Of a stretch of DNA of 64,000 nucleotides, positions 37,870-49,379 are shown one piece after another; the stretch's first letter is position 1, and every line of letters starts with the position of its first letter. The notes beneath the pieces are model-generated. The model was not told the DNA's origin, did not search any database, and saw only the letters and a program-made list of their open reading frames with translations. The stretch lies in the NCBI GenBank assembly GCA_965153455.1, contig OZ234494.1, positions 6,572,001 to 6,636,000 on the forward strand. Reading direction: 5' to 3'. Origin of the DNA: Sphagnum compactum (taxonomy: Eukaryota). A program made the translations under genes and the position numbers.

Positions 37870-40800
37870 ACTATTTTGTTTATGGTTAAGGCCTATAGGT
37901 TAGCAATAAACTTTGAGACCCAAAATAAAGCTTACAAAAAACCATTTGTAAACATGGATAAAATGCCTAAGGCAAAAACTAGTACCTCCAATACCCAGGC
38001 TCATAGGGGAAAATGGAGGAAGTTGCAAAAGGTTTGGAAACCCTAGCTAAGGGTGGGATCAACATCAAAGACCCCACCTAGGCTTAATGAGAAAGAACAT
38101 GAAAACCATAAATATAAAGGCTTGTGTTTTTCTTGCCACCAACTTGAACATCAATCTCTCCAATTTCCTAAAAGGCCTCACCAAGCAACAACCCTTGGTC
38201 TAATAGTACCTAAGGAAAGCAAAAAAAGTAAAAACCCATGGGGCAAAGGACAAGGGGCCTATTCAAGTGTTAGTAGCCATATTGGAACGAATGGTGACAC
38301 ATAACCTTACTGTGATCTGCATTGAGGGGGTAATTGCTGGAAAACTTACATTGGTGTTGGTGGATCTTGGTAATACCCACAATTTAATGTTTGAGGTTTT
38401 TGCTACGAGCCTAAGAAGCCATCCAATTAGAACCATGGATCCATCTAGGATTTTATTACCCAATGGTCAAGTCCATATCACAAATCTTTTCATGAAATAT
38501 GTGTTAGTTAATTTCCAAGATTGGAAACGTACACCGAATTTCAAGTTTGGTCGAAAAACGTTTATGATGTCATTTTAGGCATGCAATGGTTGGACTTGAT
38601 GGATGCATGGGTAGCATGTAAACATGGACTAGTCTATGGCATAAAACTTGATGACTTTGCCTTAAAACTTACAAGTATGTGAACCTACTTAATACCCTTT
38701 TATTTTTTGCCAAATAATTTAAGAAATGTGTACAAAGGGATGTTGAACTATTTACCATAAGTGTGATCTTTTCTAAAATATATATTAGAAATGGCTACCA
38801 TTAGATCCATGTGAAGGATCAAAATGTCCCTAAGATGGCCTTTAGAACCAATTGTGAGCATTATGAATTTAAGGTGATGCCATTTGGATTGACAAATGCC
38901 CCAACCACATTTATGACTTTGATGAACTCCTTGCTTCAAAAGTACCTAGGAAAGTTTGTGTTAGGGTTTCGATCCATAACATTTTTGTTTATTCCAAATC
39001 CAGAACAAAACATTTGGAGTACTTAGGGACTATATTTGAAGTTCTAATAACCAACCAATTGTATGCCAAAATGAACAAATGTGAAATTGGTGTACCTAAG
39101 TAGACTACCTTGGACATGTAGTATCAAACAAAGGAGTAGCAATTGATTCCAAAAATATCAAGGTTGTGGCTAAATGTTCAATCCCCAAGGATAAAACAAA
39201 AGTGAGAAGTTTTTTGGGTTTGGCCAATTATTATAAGTGTTTTGTGAATTTTTTTGTTCAAACTACAAGACCTTTACTTGATCTATTAAAGGGGAAAAAT
39301 AACTCCCAAGGTACCTAATAGAACCCTAGTTGTGAACAAATCTTTCAAAACCTGAAAAGTGCTTTGACCTCTACTCTTGTATTGGGAGTTATTAATCCCA
39401 AGTTGGGTGAGCTGGTATTATGCACCAATGCTAATGATCTAGCCATAAGTGCAGCGCTAATGCAAGAAATTGCGTATGAATTTAGAAAATTAACTCTTTG
39501 AAAAATTGAACTACCCCACCCATAAAAAAAGAGTTGTTGGATATAATCCATGTTTTGAAAATTTGGACCCATTATTTTTCAATAACACAGTTCACAATTG
39601 AAATTGACCATGAAAGCTTAAAATATTTAACCACCCAACCTAATTTAAGTAAGAGGCAATGTAGGTGGGTGGAAAGATTACAACAATTTGATTTTGGTCA
39701 ATCAATACAATATGTGAAAGGCAAAGAGAATGTTGGTCATATAGAAAAATTATTTTTGGTTAGGCATGAAAAGGGATGTATGAAAATATGTAGAAAAATG
39801 TTTTATATGTCAAATAGTTAAAGTTGAACAAATTAAGACCTATTAGGTTCTATACAACCGTTGGGGGTTCCTAATAACAAGTGGGAGTCCATTAACATGG
39901 ATCTCATAGTGGGTTTCCATAGAAATTAGAAAGGGCATGATAGTATTTTTGTGGTTGTTGATCAACTCACAAAACATGCCCATTTTATAACTACCAAATC
40001 CACTATGTCAACCATTGATGTGGCAAAACTATTTTTTCGTGAAATTTTATTGTTTACATGGTTTGCCAAAAGAAATTATTTGTGATCGGGATTGAAAATT
40101 TGTAAGCCAACTTTGGGGTCTTTGCTCAAAATGTTGGGCACCAAATTAAAAATGAGTAGTGCATATCACCCCAAAACATATGCCCAAATAGAAATAGCTC
40201 ATTGTACTTTGGAAGATATGTTAAAAATTTATATCTTTGGGCATAAACAAGTGACATGGAAACAACAGTTATTTCTAGTGGAATTTGCTTATAATGTAAA
40301 TTGGCATTCCTCCATTAAAACCAACCCATCTTATGCCCTTTATGGTTAGGAGTGTTTAACTCCCCTTTCTATTTCAACACCCACCAAGAGTGGAGGGAGT
40401 TAATCAAATGATAACCATCATGCATCATACTTTTAAATTGGTCAAAGAGAGTATGCAAAGTGCTCAAGATCAGGCTAAATTTTACCAGGATAAAAATTGT
40501 ATCCCTCACGAATTTGAGGTGAATGATTGAGTCTTTTATGGGTCAAACCTCAACGTAATGGCGTAAAACTAAAAAAATGCCAAAAATGATCCCCTAAATT
40601 TTGTGGACCTTTTATCATAATGATTTTTTTTTGAAATGTAGCCTACCAATTGGATCTCCCAAAGTCCTAACAGATCCACAATATACTCCATGTTAGCTTG
40701 CTAAAAAAATTTGTATAAGACCCCTCTCATGTTTTGCTTGAATTACCTTAGATTTTGGATGAAGGGAACACCTTAGCAAAACCCAAACAAATTCTAAAAA

Positions 40801-41450
40801 TTGAGGTACGCCAACATTAAAATAAAATTTAGAATGAGCTGTTGGTAGAATGGAAGCATTATCTTATTGATGAGGTATCTTGGGAAATTGAAGCAACATT
40901 TAAAGTTAACTTTTTTTATTTTTGTCAAAAATGACAATGACTTCTTTTTGGAAGGGGAGTAATGTTAATGACCAAAGGTTGATGGAGAGGATGATGAACA
41001 AATGTGAAGAACTATTGACAAAAATTAGAAAAAAAAGGTGGCATCAATAGTTTACCTCGGATGTGGCAAGTACTTAAAAACCTAGTTACGATGGAACATG
41101 CATGGGGGAGAATGTGGCAATTACTTAGAAACTTAATTACAACGAAACATGCACAAGGAGAGTGTGGAGAAGAAAAAGAGAGAAGGCTAGCAAAAGAAGG
41201 GAGTTTTTTGGCTTGTCTAAGAAAGGTATGAAGGAGGAGAATAGAGAAGAACATCTCCACATTTGCGATTGGGTGGTGAAAATTATGCCTTGATGTTCAC
41301 AAATTGTAAAGGAAGTAAAGGTGTGTGTGTAATTTTTGTTGTGTTTTTGGTTAATAGGTTACAAAAGGAAATATTGTTCCTTGTTCACTGGAATCACAAG
41401 TTCATGTAATAGGGTTGCAATTACAGGCCACTTATAGGGACAATTATGTG
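37870..41450 (+). mobile_element. Degenerate, internally deleted Ty3/Gypsy LTR retrotransposon (chromovirus type)
   Basis: In order: gag knuckle GLCFSCHQLEH (~38120), protease LVDLGNTHNL (~38360), RT PKMAFRT..HYEFKVMPFGLTNAPTTF (38811-39026), RNase H DHESLKYLTTQPNLSKRQCRWVERL (39534-39821), integrase LKMSSAYHPKT (40092-40349), chromodomain ELLVEWKHYLIDEVSWE (~40835-40887), polypurine tract GGAAGGGGAG (40950-40959), and a TG at 40963 that may start the 3' LTR. Many stops and frameshifts; right boundary approximate. Confidence 0.92.
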
Positions 41451-41639
41451 TTTAGGCCACCCAAAGGTTTATCTTGGGTAAGTAAGAACAATTTTCTTCA
41501 AGTTCAGGGACTATTGTTTAAGCGCTCATTGGGGCCTAGTTTACCTTATGTGTTTTTTTAAAAAATTTCTATCCCAATGACCATGGACTTGATAATAGCA
41601 GTGAACGATGTTATTTGTGGTAAATGACCATGAAGATGA

Positions 41640-43340
41640 AGGGATTGGGGCATTCATTGATTGAATGGTGGGGGTCTAAAATGTTTTGGCCACAATGTGG
41701 GCCACATGCTCCTTATTTAAAGACTTCACCAACTTCACACTAATGGAATTTGAAGAGCTAACAAGTTGAATAATAAATTTCCTCCCATGTTAAGTCCACA
41801 TGTGAACCTTATTGGCTCTCAAAGTTGCATGATTAAAGGTAGGTTTTAGGGTTTTCAATTAGGGTTTAAGGCCTAACATTAGGATTTGGGATGACTTAAG
41901 TCTGAATTTTGGGTTTATGGGCTGAAATTAGGGTTTGGGATGGCATAAGTTTGAATTTTGGGTTTAAGTTTGTTTTTGAGGGTTAGGGTTTTAACATTAA
42001 GGTTTAGGTTTTAGGCTCTAAGGTTTTGATTACATGTTTGAAATTGGGGGTTAAAGTTTAAGATGGCTTAAGTCTGAATTTGGGTCTATGGTTTGTCTTT
42101 TAGGGTTAGGGTTTCAACATTAAGGTTTAGGTTTCATGCTCTAAGGTTTTGATTTCAAATTTGAAATTGGAGGTACAATTTAGGGCTTAGGTTTTTAAAT
42201 TAAGGTTTAAGGGTTTAAATTTGAATTTTGGGTTTAAGTTTGCCTCTTCAATATTAAGGTTTACCATTTAAGCTCTAAGGTTTTGATTTTAAGTTTGAAA
42301 TATTAGAACTAAAATTCCAGGCCTGAAATTTGGGGTTTCAAGGCTATACTTTTGATTTTGAGGTTTGAATTTAGGGTTAAGGCTTACGTATTGAGGTTTA
42401 GGTTTTACGGTATGAAATTCAAGGTTTGAAGTCCAACATTTAGGGTTAAGTTTTAAAATTTAAGGTTTTAAGGTCTAATATTTGGGTCTATATCATGTTA
42501 GGGGATGCGCCGATGCTCATCGGGGGACCATCAAGGTTAAGGCCCAAACAACGATTTTTATGTTTCGTAATGTTCACAAAGCACAACAACATCACCATCT
42601 ATGGTGTCTTCATGTGGAATTGGGCAAAATCATCATTGTGTGATGATGTGATATTCATCGCATCATGCATTAGCCATGCCTTAGTAAATGGAACTTGTTG
42701 GCCATCATCTTTTGAAAAGGTTGTCTTGGGTAGTCAATTAACGTCTGAATTGTCAAGGTGCCTACAGTTCATCAATGAAACATTGGTTGAGATCCGAAAG
42801 CCATGGAAAGGTTCAAAACATTGGACATGGTTTAATGGCCACAAAAAGATATATGCAATGAAAAAATTGTGGTTTTGGACCACCATGGATTCTTTATTTA
42901 TATTGATTTGGCTACAATGGGTCTTATCATGATGGGAACATTTTTCAACATTCAGCCATTTATCAGGAATGGCATCAATACTTCACCTAGTGGGATGATT
43001 ATTTTGAGTATCTTTTAGGGGATTCATGCTACTTGGGGGAAGAATTGTTCATCATGAAAAGGATGGGGAAGTGAAAGTTACCACCGGATGTTAACCATGA
43101 TGGTGCCATCCAAGCTTACAACAAAATGCATGTAGGGTTTAAAGTCTAAGTGGAATCGGGAATTGGTAGATTTAAACGAAAATGGAAACCCTTCATGCAA
43201 AGATTTTATTCCACAAAACCAAAATTCTCCCATCTTTTCCAAGTCGGCACTCTTATCATCAACTACCTTCACCATCACCAAATGGACCTCACATACGAGG
43301 TCATTGGAGATTACAACCTTGACCTTATTACACAATATGA
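41640..43340 (+). mobile_element. Degenerate PIF/Harbinger-type (HARBI1/DDE_Tnp_4-like) transposase, apparently two exons
   Basis: Exon-1-like LFKDFTNFTLMEFEEL...HVKST (~41710-41801). Exon 2 from 42502: PSRLRPKQRFL..MWNWAKSSLCDD, FINETLVEIRKPW (IDGT-like), WFNGHKKIYAM, GSYHD, YLLGDSCY, AYNKMH, VESGIGRFKRKW. Confidence 0.75.
41835..42490 (+). repeat. Degenerate telomere-like (TTTAGGG/TTAAGGT) tract
   Basis: Dozens of TTAGGG, TTAAGG and TTTAGG variants, with a higher-order ~120-bp repeat (AAGTCTGAATTT at ~41898 and ~42070; AACATTAAGGTTTAGGTTT at ~41993 and ~42116). Confidence 0.8.
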
Positions 43341-43379
43341 AACTACTAAATACCAGTTTGAACTTGCAAAAACTTGAAA

Positions 43380-43875
43380 TTTAAAATGTAAGGTTTGGTA
43401 TTAGGGTTTTCATACTTGAATTTAAGGTTTTAGGTTCAAAGGTCTTTATTTAAGGTTTAAGATCAAAATATAAGGATTCAAATTAGGGTTTAAGGTTTTG
43501 AAATATAAATTTGAATATTGGTTTAAGGTTTGAATTACAATTTTAGGGTGTGTATCAAGGGTTTACATGTGTAGATTTAGGGTTTAGGCTTTGAAATCAA
43601 TGTTTGGGTTTTAAGGTTGGAAATTAGGGTTTTCATACCTAAGATTAAGTTTTAGGGTTTAGGTTTTGAAATTAGGCTTTAATGTTTGTAGTTAAGGTTT
43701 ATAGACTTGGGATTAAGGTTTAAATTTTCAAATTAGGTTTTAGTGTTTGTAATAAGGATTTTTAGACTTGGGATTAGCGTATTAGGGTTTAAGGTCTTAA
43801 ATTAGGGGTCTGGAATTAAATTTGTAAGGGGTTTTAAATCAATGTTTTAGGTTTGAAATTAGGGGTTTAAATTTA
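43380..43875 (+). repeat. Second degenerate telomere-like (TTTAGGG) tract
   Basis: Repeated ATTAGGGTTT/TTAAGGTTT variants directly after the Harbinger-like coding region. Confidence 0.8.
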
Positions 43876-45339
43876 AATTTTCAAAAAAAATTGGATTGCA
43901 CAATCACAATCGTTATTTGGGAATAATTATTTATTGTAAATAGTGATACTTACTTACCTAGTTAAGATTTACTAGCTAGTTTACATAATTTTCATCGCCA
44001 TTTGAATTTGAATTGATCATAGGACTATTTTAAGGTGATCATTTTTGGCAAGACAGGAGATAATTGTAAATATTGGTTTTTGGGAGAGTATGGAGTAAAA
44101 GCATGTTGTTTTATGGAAAAGCTTCAACTCCATAGCTAGTTTTGTTGTTTTGATGTTTTTTCCATATTTTTCATAACTAGATTGAAGTTTTAAACTTAAA
44201 TATAAGTAAATTTGATTGAGCATAATTTATTAGTATTAGTTTCATGATATGATTTAGTCTAGATTTTGATTAAAATATAGAATAGGAATTTGGTATCTAC
44301 CAACAATGTGTTTACTTCAACATGCTAATTACAATTCCAAAATAGCACTAACTTTTGCTCTAAACTTTTCTTTTGAAATCACATTTAAATCTTGAACCAT
44401 CTTCAAATTGTTAAGATTAACTTTGTTTTTTCTCTCATGATTGATATCCATCTACCTTAACAAGAATGCATCACCGAAATTAGATATAGAAGAAAATCGA
44501 CTTGCCATGGTTTGCCATCATAATGTTCCTAAAATTCATGGTTGTAGTCTCCCCCTTGTTTAATTTTTCCCTGAGGTTTTACAAATTCTTTCAAGGTGGT
44601 CAACATGATATGATATGAAAAACTAGCACCAAAAGAAGGTGCATTTGACTCATTAAAGGGAGGGCTATGACTAAAGCTAGGAAACAGGGTTAGGGTTATG
44701 AGTGTGCGATCAATGAGGTTTTGTTGCTTCTTCAAAAGATTCCAACTTGCATGTCCATTAATGGATTTCAATTGTTCCAAAATCACATCACATTGCAATG
44801 TGGTTTGTTTGAATGCTCTTCATTGGAAATACCCATCTAGGACTCATCTTTAATTCCTTTAAAGTTCATCATAAACGATCTTTCAATGTTTTTTTCAACA
44901 AAATGAGGGTATGGATAAGCTTTTAGTAAATTGAAAGACAAATTTCTAGATCACATTGGGGATCAATTGAGTCCCTTGTTTTTTGCCAATATTATACATG
45001 GCAAAATTACGATTATACAATGCTACAAGTGTGCTAATGTGTGCAAATTCCACAATCTTCAAGGCAACTTTCTTTGGCAGGGTTGCTTGGCCTTATGCAA
45101 TGCACTAATTCAAACACTTAAGTTTCAACCATGAACTCATTAGCTTATGAAAAGCTCCCAATTCTTAAAAACAAACTTGCAACCAACATTCATATTTAAA
45201 TGACTTTAAAAAACTTAAGAGTGGTGATTAATAACCAATTATTAGTACCATTCAACAATAATCTACATGAGGCAATTAAGTTTCGATATGCAAGGTTTAC
45301 AAGTAAATCAAAAAGACTAGAAACAAAACCAATTGAAAT

Positions 45340-46395
45340 AAGGGATCCAAGGCTTCATGACAAGGTAATCAGGGTTTGGGTATGTGACATTACCAAGAAA
45401 GTCAAAATGACTAGAAACAAACCTAGTTAAAACATGGCTTTTCTTTTCATGGTAAATTTTTTTAGCAATGAAGCAATAACAAAGACCCAAAACAACAAGA
45501 TGACAGATTTACCCACCTAAACCAATGACATGAAGAAGGATAATTACACCTACAACTTCAATAAGTTCAAATGTTGGTTCCATTCAAGAGTAATTTATGT
45601 ACAAGGTATTCAAGGCTTGGGTATGTGGCATTACCAAAAAGGTCAAAAAGACCAAAAACAAAACCACTTGAAACATGCCTTTTCTTTTCATAATAAATTT
45701 GCTTATCCATGAGGCCTTAAACAAAAACCTAGAGCAACAAGATGGCAACCCTACCCACCTAAACCAACAACATGAAAAAGGATAATTACACTTATAATTT
45801 CACCCAAATTAGATGTTGATTCCATTCAAAAGAAATATGTACAAAGTAATTAAGGTTTGGGTATGTGGCATTACCAAGAAGGTCAAAAAAACCAAAAACA
45901 AAACCACTTGAAACATGGCTTTCCTTTTCATGGTAAATCTATTTAATTAGCGATGAAGCCTTAAAAAAAACCCCAAAATAACAAGATGGTAGTTTTACCC
46001 ACTTAAACCAAGAGCATGAAGAAAGATAACTACACTTATAATTTCAATCAAATTAGATGTTGGTTCCATTCAATAATAATATGTACAAGGCAATTAGGGT
46101 TTAGGTATGTAACATTACCAAGAAGGTCAACATGACCAAAAACAAACCTAGCTGAAACATGACTTTTCTTTTCATGGTAAATTTGTTTAGCCACGAGGCA
46201 ATAACAAAACCTAGTACTACCCACCTAAACCAACAACATGAAAAATGTTGGATACATTTACAAATTGAATAAGATCAATTGTTGGTTCCAATCAAGAGTA
46301 ATATGTACAAGGCAATTAAGGTTTGGATATGTGGCATTACTAAAAAGTTCAAAAAGACCATATACAAAACCAACTAAAACATGGTAGTTGCATTC
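45340..46395. repeat. Tandem repeat, ~240-bp unit, ~4.4 copies
   Basis: Anchor CAA(G/A)G(T/C)A...GGTATGT..CATTAC at ~45361, 45602, 45842, 46086 and 46308. TACCCAC(C/T)TAAACCAA recurs once per unit. Confidence 0.9.
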
Positions 46396-46559
46396 ATGAC
46401 CCAAAAAAAACAAAATACTAACGAGAACAAATGCAAATTATGTATTTGATTTATTCGAAAAACCATAAGAGATTCAACAAAAGTCGTATTAAAGTCATGT
46501 ATATGTACATACTTTGATTGTATACAAAATCAAATCTTAAGAACATCCTTGTCTAGCTA

Positions 46560-46855
46560 TTTATCTCAAACAAATGTTTCAAGCTTTCTAGTTCAAATTG
46601 TAGGCAGGTTTTCAGATAATGCTTTGGAGTTTGTAAGCTAGAATGGTTTCATGGTAAGATGTGTTGTCAATTCTCACAATCTCGAGCACATTCCAAGCCA
46701 TGGTATTGCCCACAATGTTGTACCAAGACTTGTTAACTCGATGAAAACGCCACATCATTGATGGGTCCATGGGTAAACAAATTAGAATATGTTCAATAAC
46801 AAAAATGTTTATGAAAGGAAGGAGAAGATGGCATGGGTTGTTACATGAAGGCTTT
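46560..46855 (-). pseudogene. F-box-like protein remnant
   Basis: Minus frame without a start codon: LLLPFINIFVIEHILICLPMDPSMMWRFHRVNKSWYNIVGNTMAWNVL, resembling the F-box pattern LP..I..HI...LP....R...V.KSW..I. Bounded by stops, with a downstream frameshift. Confidence 0.45.
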
Positions 46856-48339
46856 TATTCTTTGGGTTTTTGGGTAGAAGACCCTTCCAAATTTAGTTTT
46901 TTTGGTACGTTTTTAACTTAGGGTTTTCGGTTTTAAGGATGGGGCAGTTGAAATTATGGTGTGTTTGGAGAAGGATTTCCAAACTTCTTCATGGATTTTG
47001 CAAGCCATGAAACTATTAAGGTTTGTAGGATATCACAAAGTTTGCGAGCAAAGATATAGTGTGACCACAATGAAAGTAAAAAACATTGCCAAAGAATAAA
47101 ATTTTTAACACAACAATCATTAAAAACTTCATCTTTTTCATTTGAAGAAATGGATATAAACATGGTATCCAAGGCTATGGGATAAACTTCAATGGCTCAT
47201 AAAACAGAAAATTGTAATAGGATCCTTGGTCTTGAGGAACACTAGCTGCAAGTTGGGGGCTATCTCTTCCTATTCGATTCCTCCATTCTTAACGTTACAT
47301 CCCTAGTTGGGGGGAATCTCTTCCTAACTTGGCAATTCTTGTTGGGGAAAAAATGGAAAAAATAGTGCAAATTCAAGAAAAAATGTAAACAACAAAAAAA
47401 TTGCCAAAAATTTGAAATCTCAAATTTCAAAGAAAAAAAGTTACTCCTAATGAGTAAAAGTTTAAAAGTAATTCTAATGAAACATTAAACACCTAAACAA
47501 TTCCAACATCAAATTTATTTGAAAAACTTTAAGTTTAATCTTTGAAATCATTATAAACTTTATCCAATTTTTTTGAAAATTTAAAATAAACATTAATGAT
47601 GTAACTAAGTTTTTTTGTGGTGAATTTCCACCATTTTGCAAACATAAGAAGGCCCATCAACATCAACAAGTTTTTAAAAACAATTATACATTTTTATATT
47701 TTTAAAATGATATAATATTACAATGGGTTCAAGGACTTGTAGCCAAAATATAAATATATTTTAACAAATTTGTACCTCCATATATGGTTTATAGCCAAAA
47801 CATGGCTAATTTTTTTTATGGATGATCTTGAAGAATGTTACAAAATTGAAAAAATAAAAAGATTAAAAAGTTATTGATGTCATTATTGTTATCACCATTT
47901 GTAATTCATTCATTCATTTTAATTTGTTTAATGAATTTTTAAAATTAATCTTTAAATATTTAAACATAAACTTGTAACAAAACAACCTTAAAGAAAATGA
48001 TAAACCATGTTTAAAATTTTAAAAATAAGTGTAAAATATTGATAATTTTTCATAATAATAATAAGAATAATAATAAATTAAAAAAATTAATTGTTGTTTT
48101 TAACATGGATTTTATTTTTCGTACACCAAGAGAGAAAAATGGGAAAAAAATAAAGGATTATTTTTGGGGTTTTTTTGGTGTGCCATTATGAACATTCATA
48201 ATAATAAAATTTTCCATGATGCCTAAAACAAACTAGAGGAAAAACATACATTATAATTTACATAAATGTATAATTTTTTTGTAATTTAAAGATCTACACG
48301 CATTGTCGACTTTGCATGCATGAACATTTTGACTTAATC

Positions 48340-48985
48340 ATTAACCCATTCAAATATAAATGTGAAACTTTCAAATATTTTTTACATTCATTTCAAAAAT
48401 TGTGGTGAGTGCAAAATTGACTCATGAATAATGGATTTAACAACATTCAAAGTGAATGATTCAACTCATGTGCAAATGTTAATAGTTCAAGAGATGCGAA
48501 AAATTCATGTATAAATGTGAGGCATTAAGTTATTATTTGTGTTTTAGTATATACTAATAAGTGTAATATGCAACATTTGAATATAGATAGTGATTTCAAT
48601 AAGTTCAAAGTGAATAATTCAACTCATGTAAAAATGTTAATAGTTCAAGAAATGTGAAAATTTTCACTAAACCATTTAAGTATAATTGTAAAATATTGAG
48701 TTGCATGTGTTTTGGTATATTATAATAAATGTAAGATGCACTTTGTGAATAATGGTTTTAACATATTAAAACTGAATGGTTCAATTATGATAATTGGAAA
48801 AATGTGAAAACATCACTAATTCATTCCAATATAAATGTGGGGTTTAAAATTATTGCATGTGTTTTAATAAATTATGGTAAGTGTAAAATGCAACTCCTAG
48901 GTAATGGTTTCAACATGTTAAAAGTTGATGGTTCAACTCATGTACCATGTTCATAGTTGAAAAAATGGCAAAAAAATCACTATTG
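48340..48985. repeat. Degenerate tandem repeat, ~155-160 bp unit, ~4 copies
   Basis: TCAACTCATGT...ATAGTT at ~48461, 48619, (48781) and 48933; AATGG(A/T)TT...AA(G/C)TGAAT recurs. Confidence 0.75.
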
Positions 48986-49379
48986 CATTATAATGCATTG
49001 TGTAAATGAAGTTAAAGGCTATTTCAATTTTCACATCAATAATTTAAAATTATTAAAAAATTAAATAAAATCCAAATTATACTCATAAGTGAACAACATA
49101 ATGAACGTAACAACTACAAACAATATTGACCATTAATTAGTGCAACAAGTCACTTGTAAACTTAAGATGACCAAATGTAGTTGAAATGTGTGGGAGTGAA
49201 AAATGATAGTCGAACAATAGTCACAATGTGTGGGGGTGAAAAATGATAAGATTTCTTCTTGTGGTGTAGGCATCACATGGGATGCTCCCAACGCCCCTCA
49301 AGCTTTTTTGGACCTTTGGCTTTTAACCTTTTAGGTAGGTTATAAAAAGGCAAGTAGGTGGTAGCATGGCTTCACTTAG

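Noticed and set aside
41835-43875. True telomere or chromosome-fusion scar
   Set aside because: The repeats are highly degenerate, all in one polarity (no head-to-head junction), and interleaved with transposase coding sequence.
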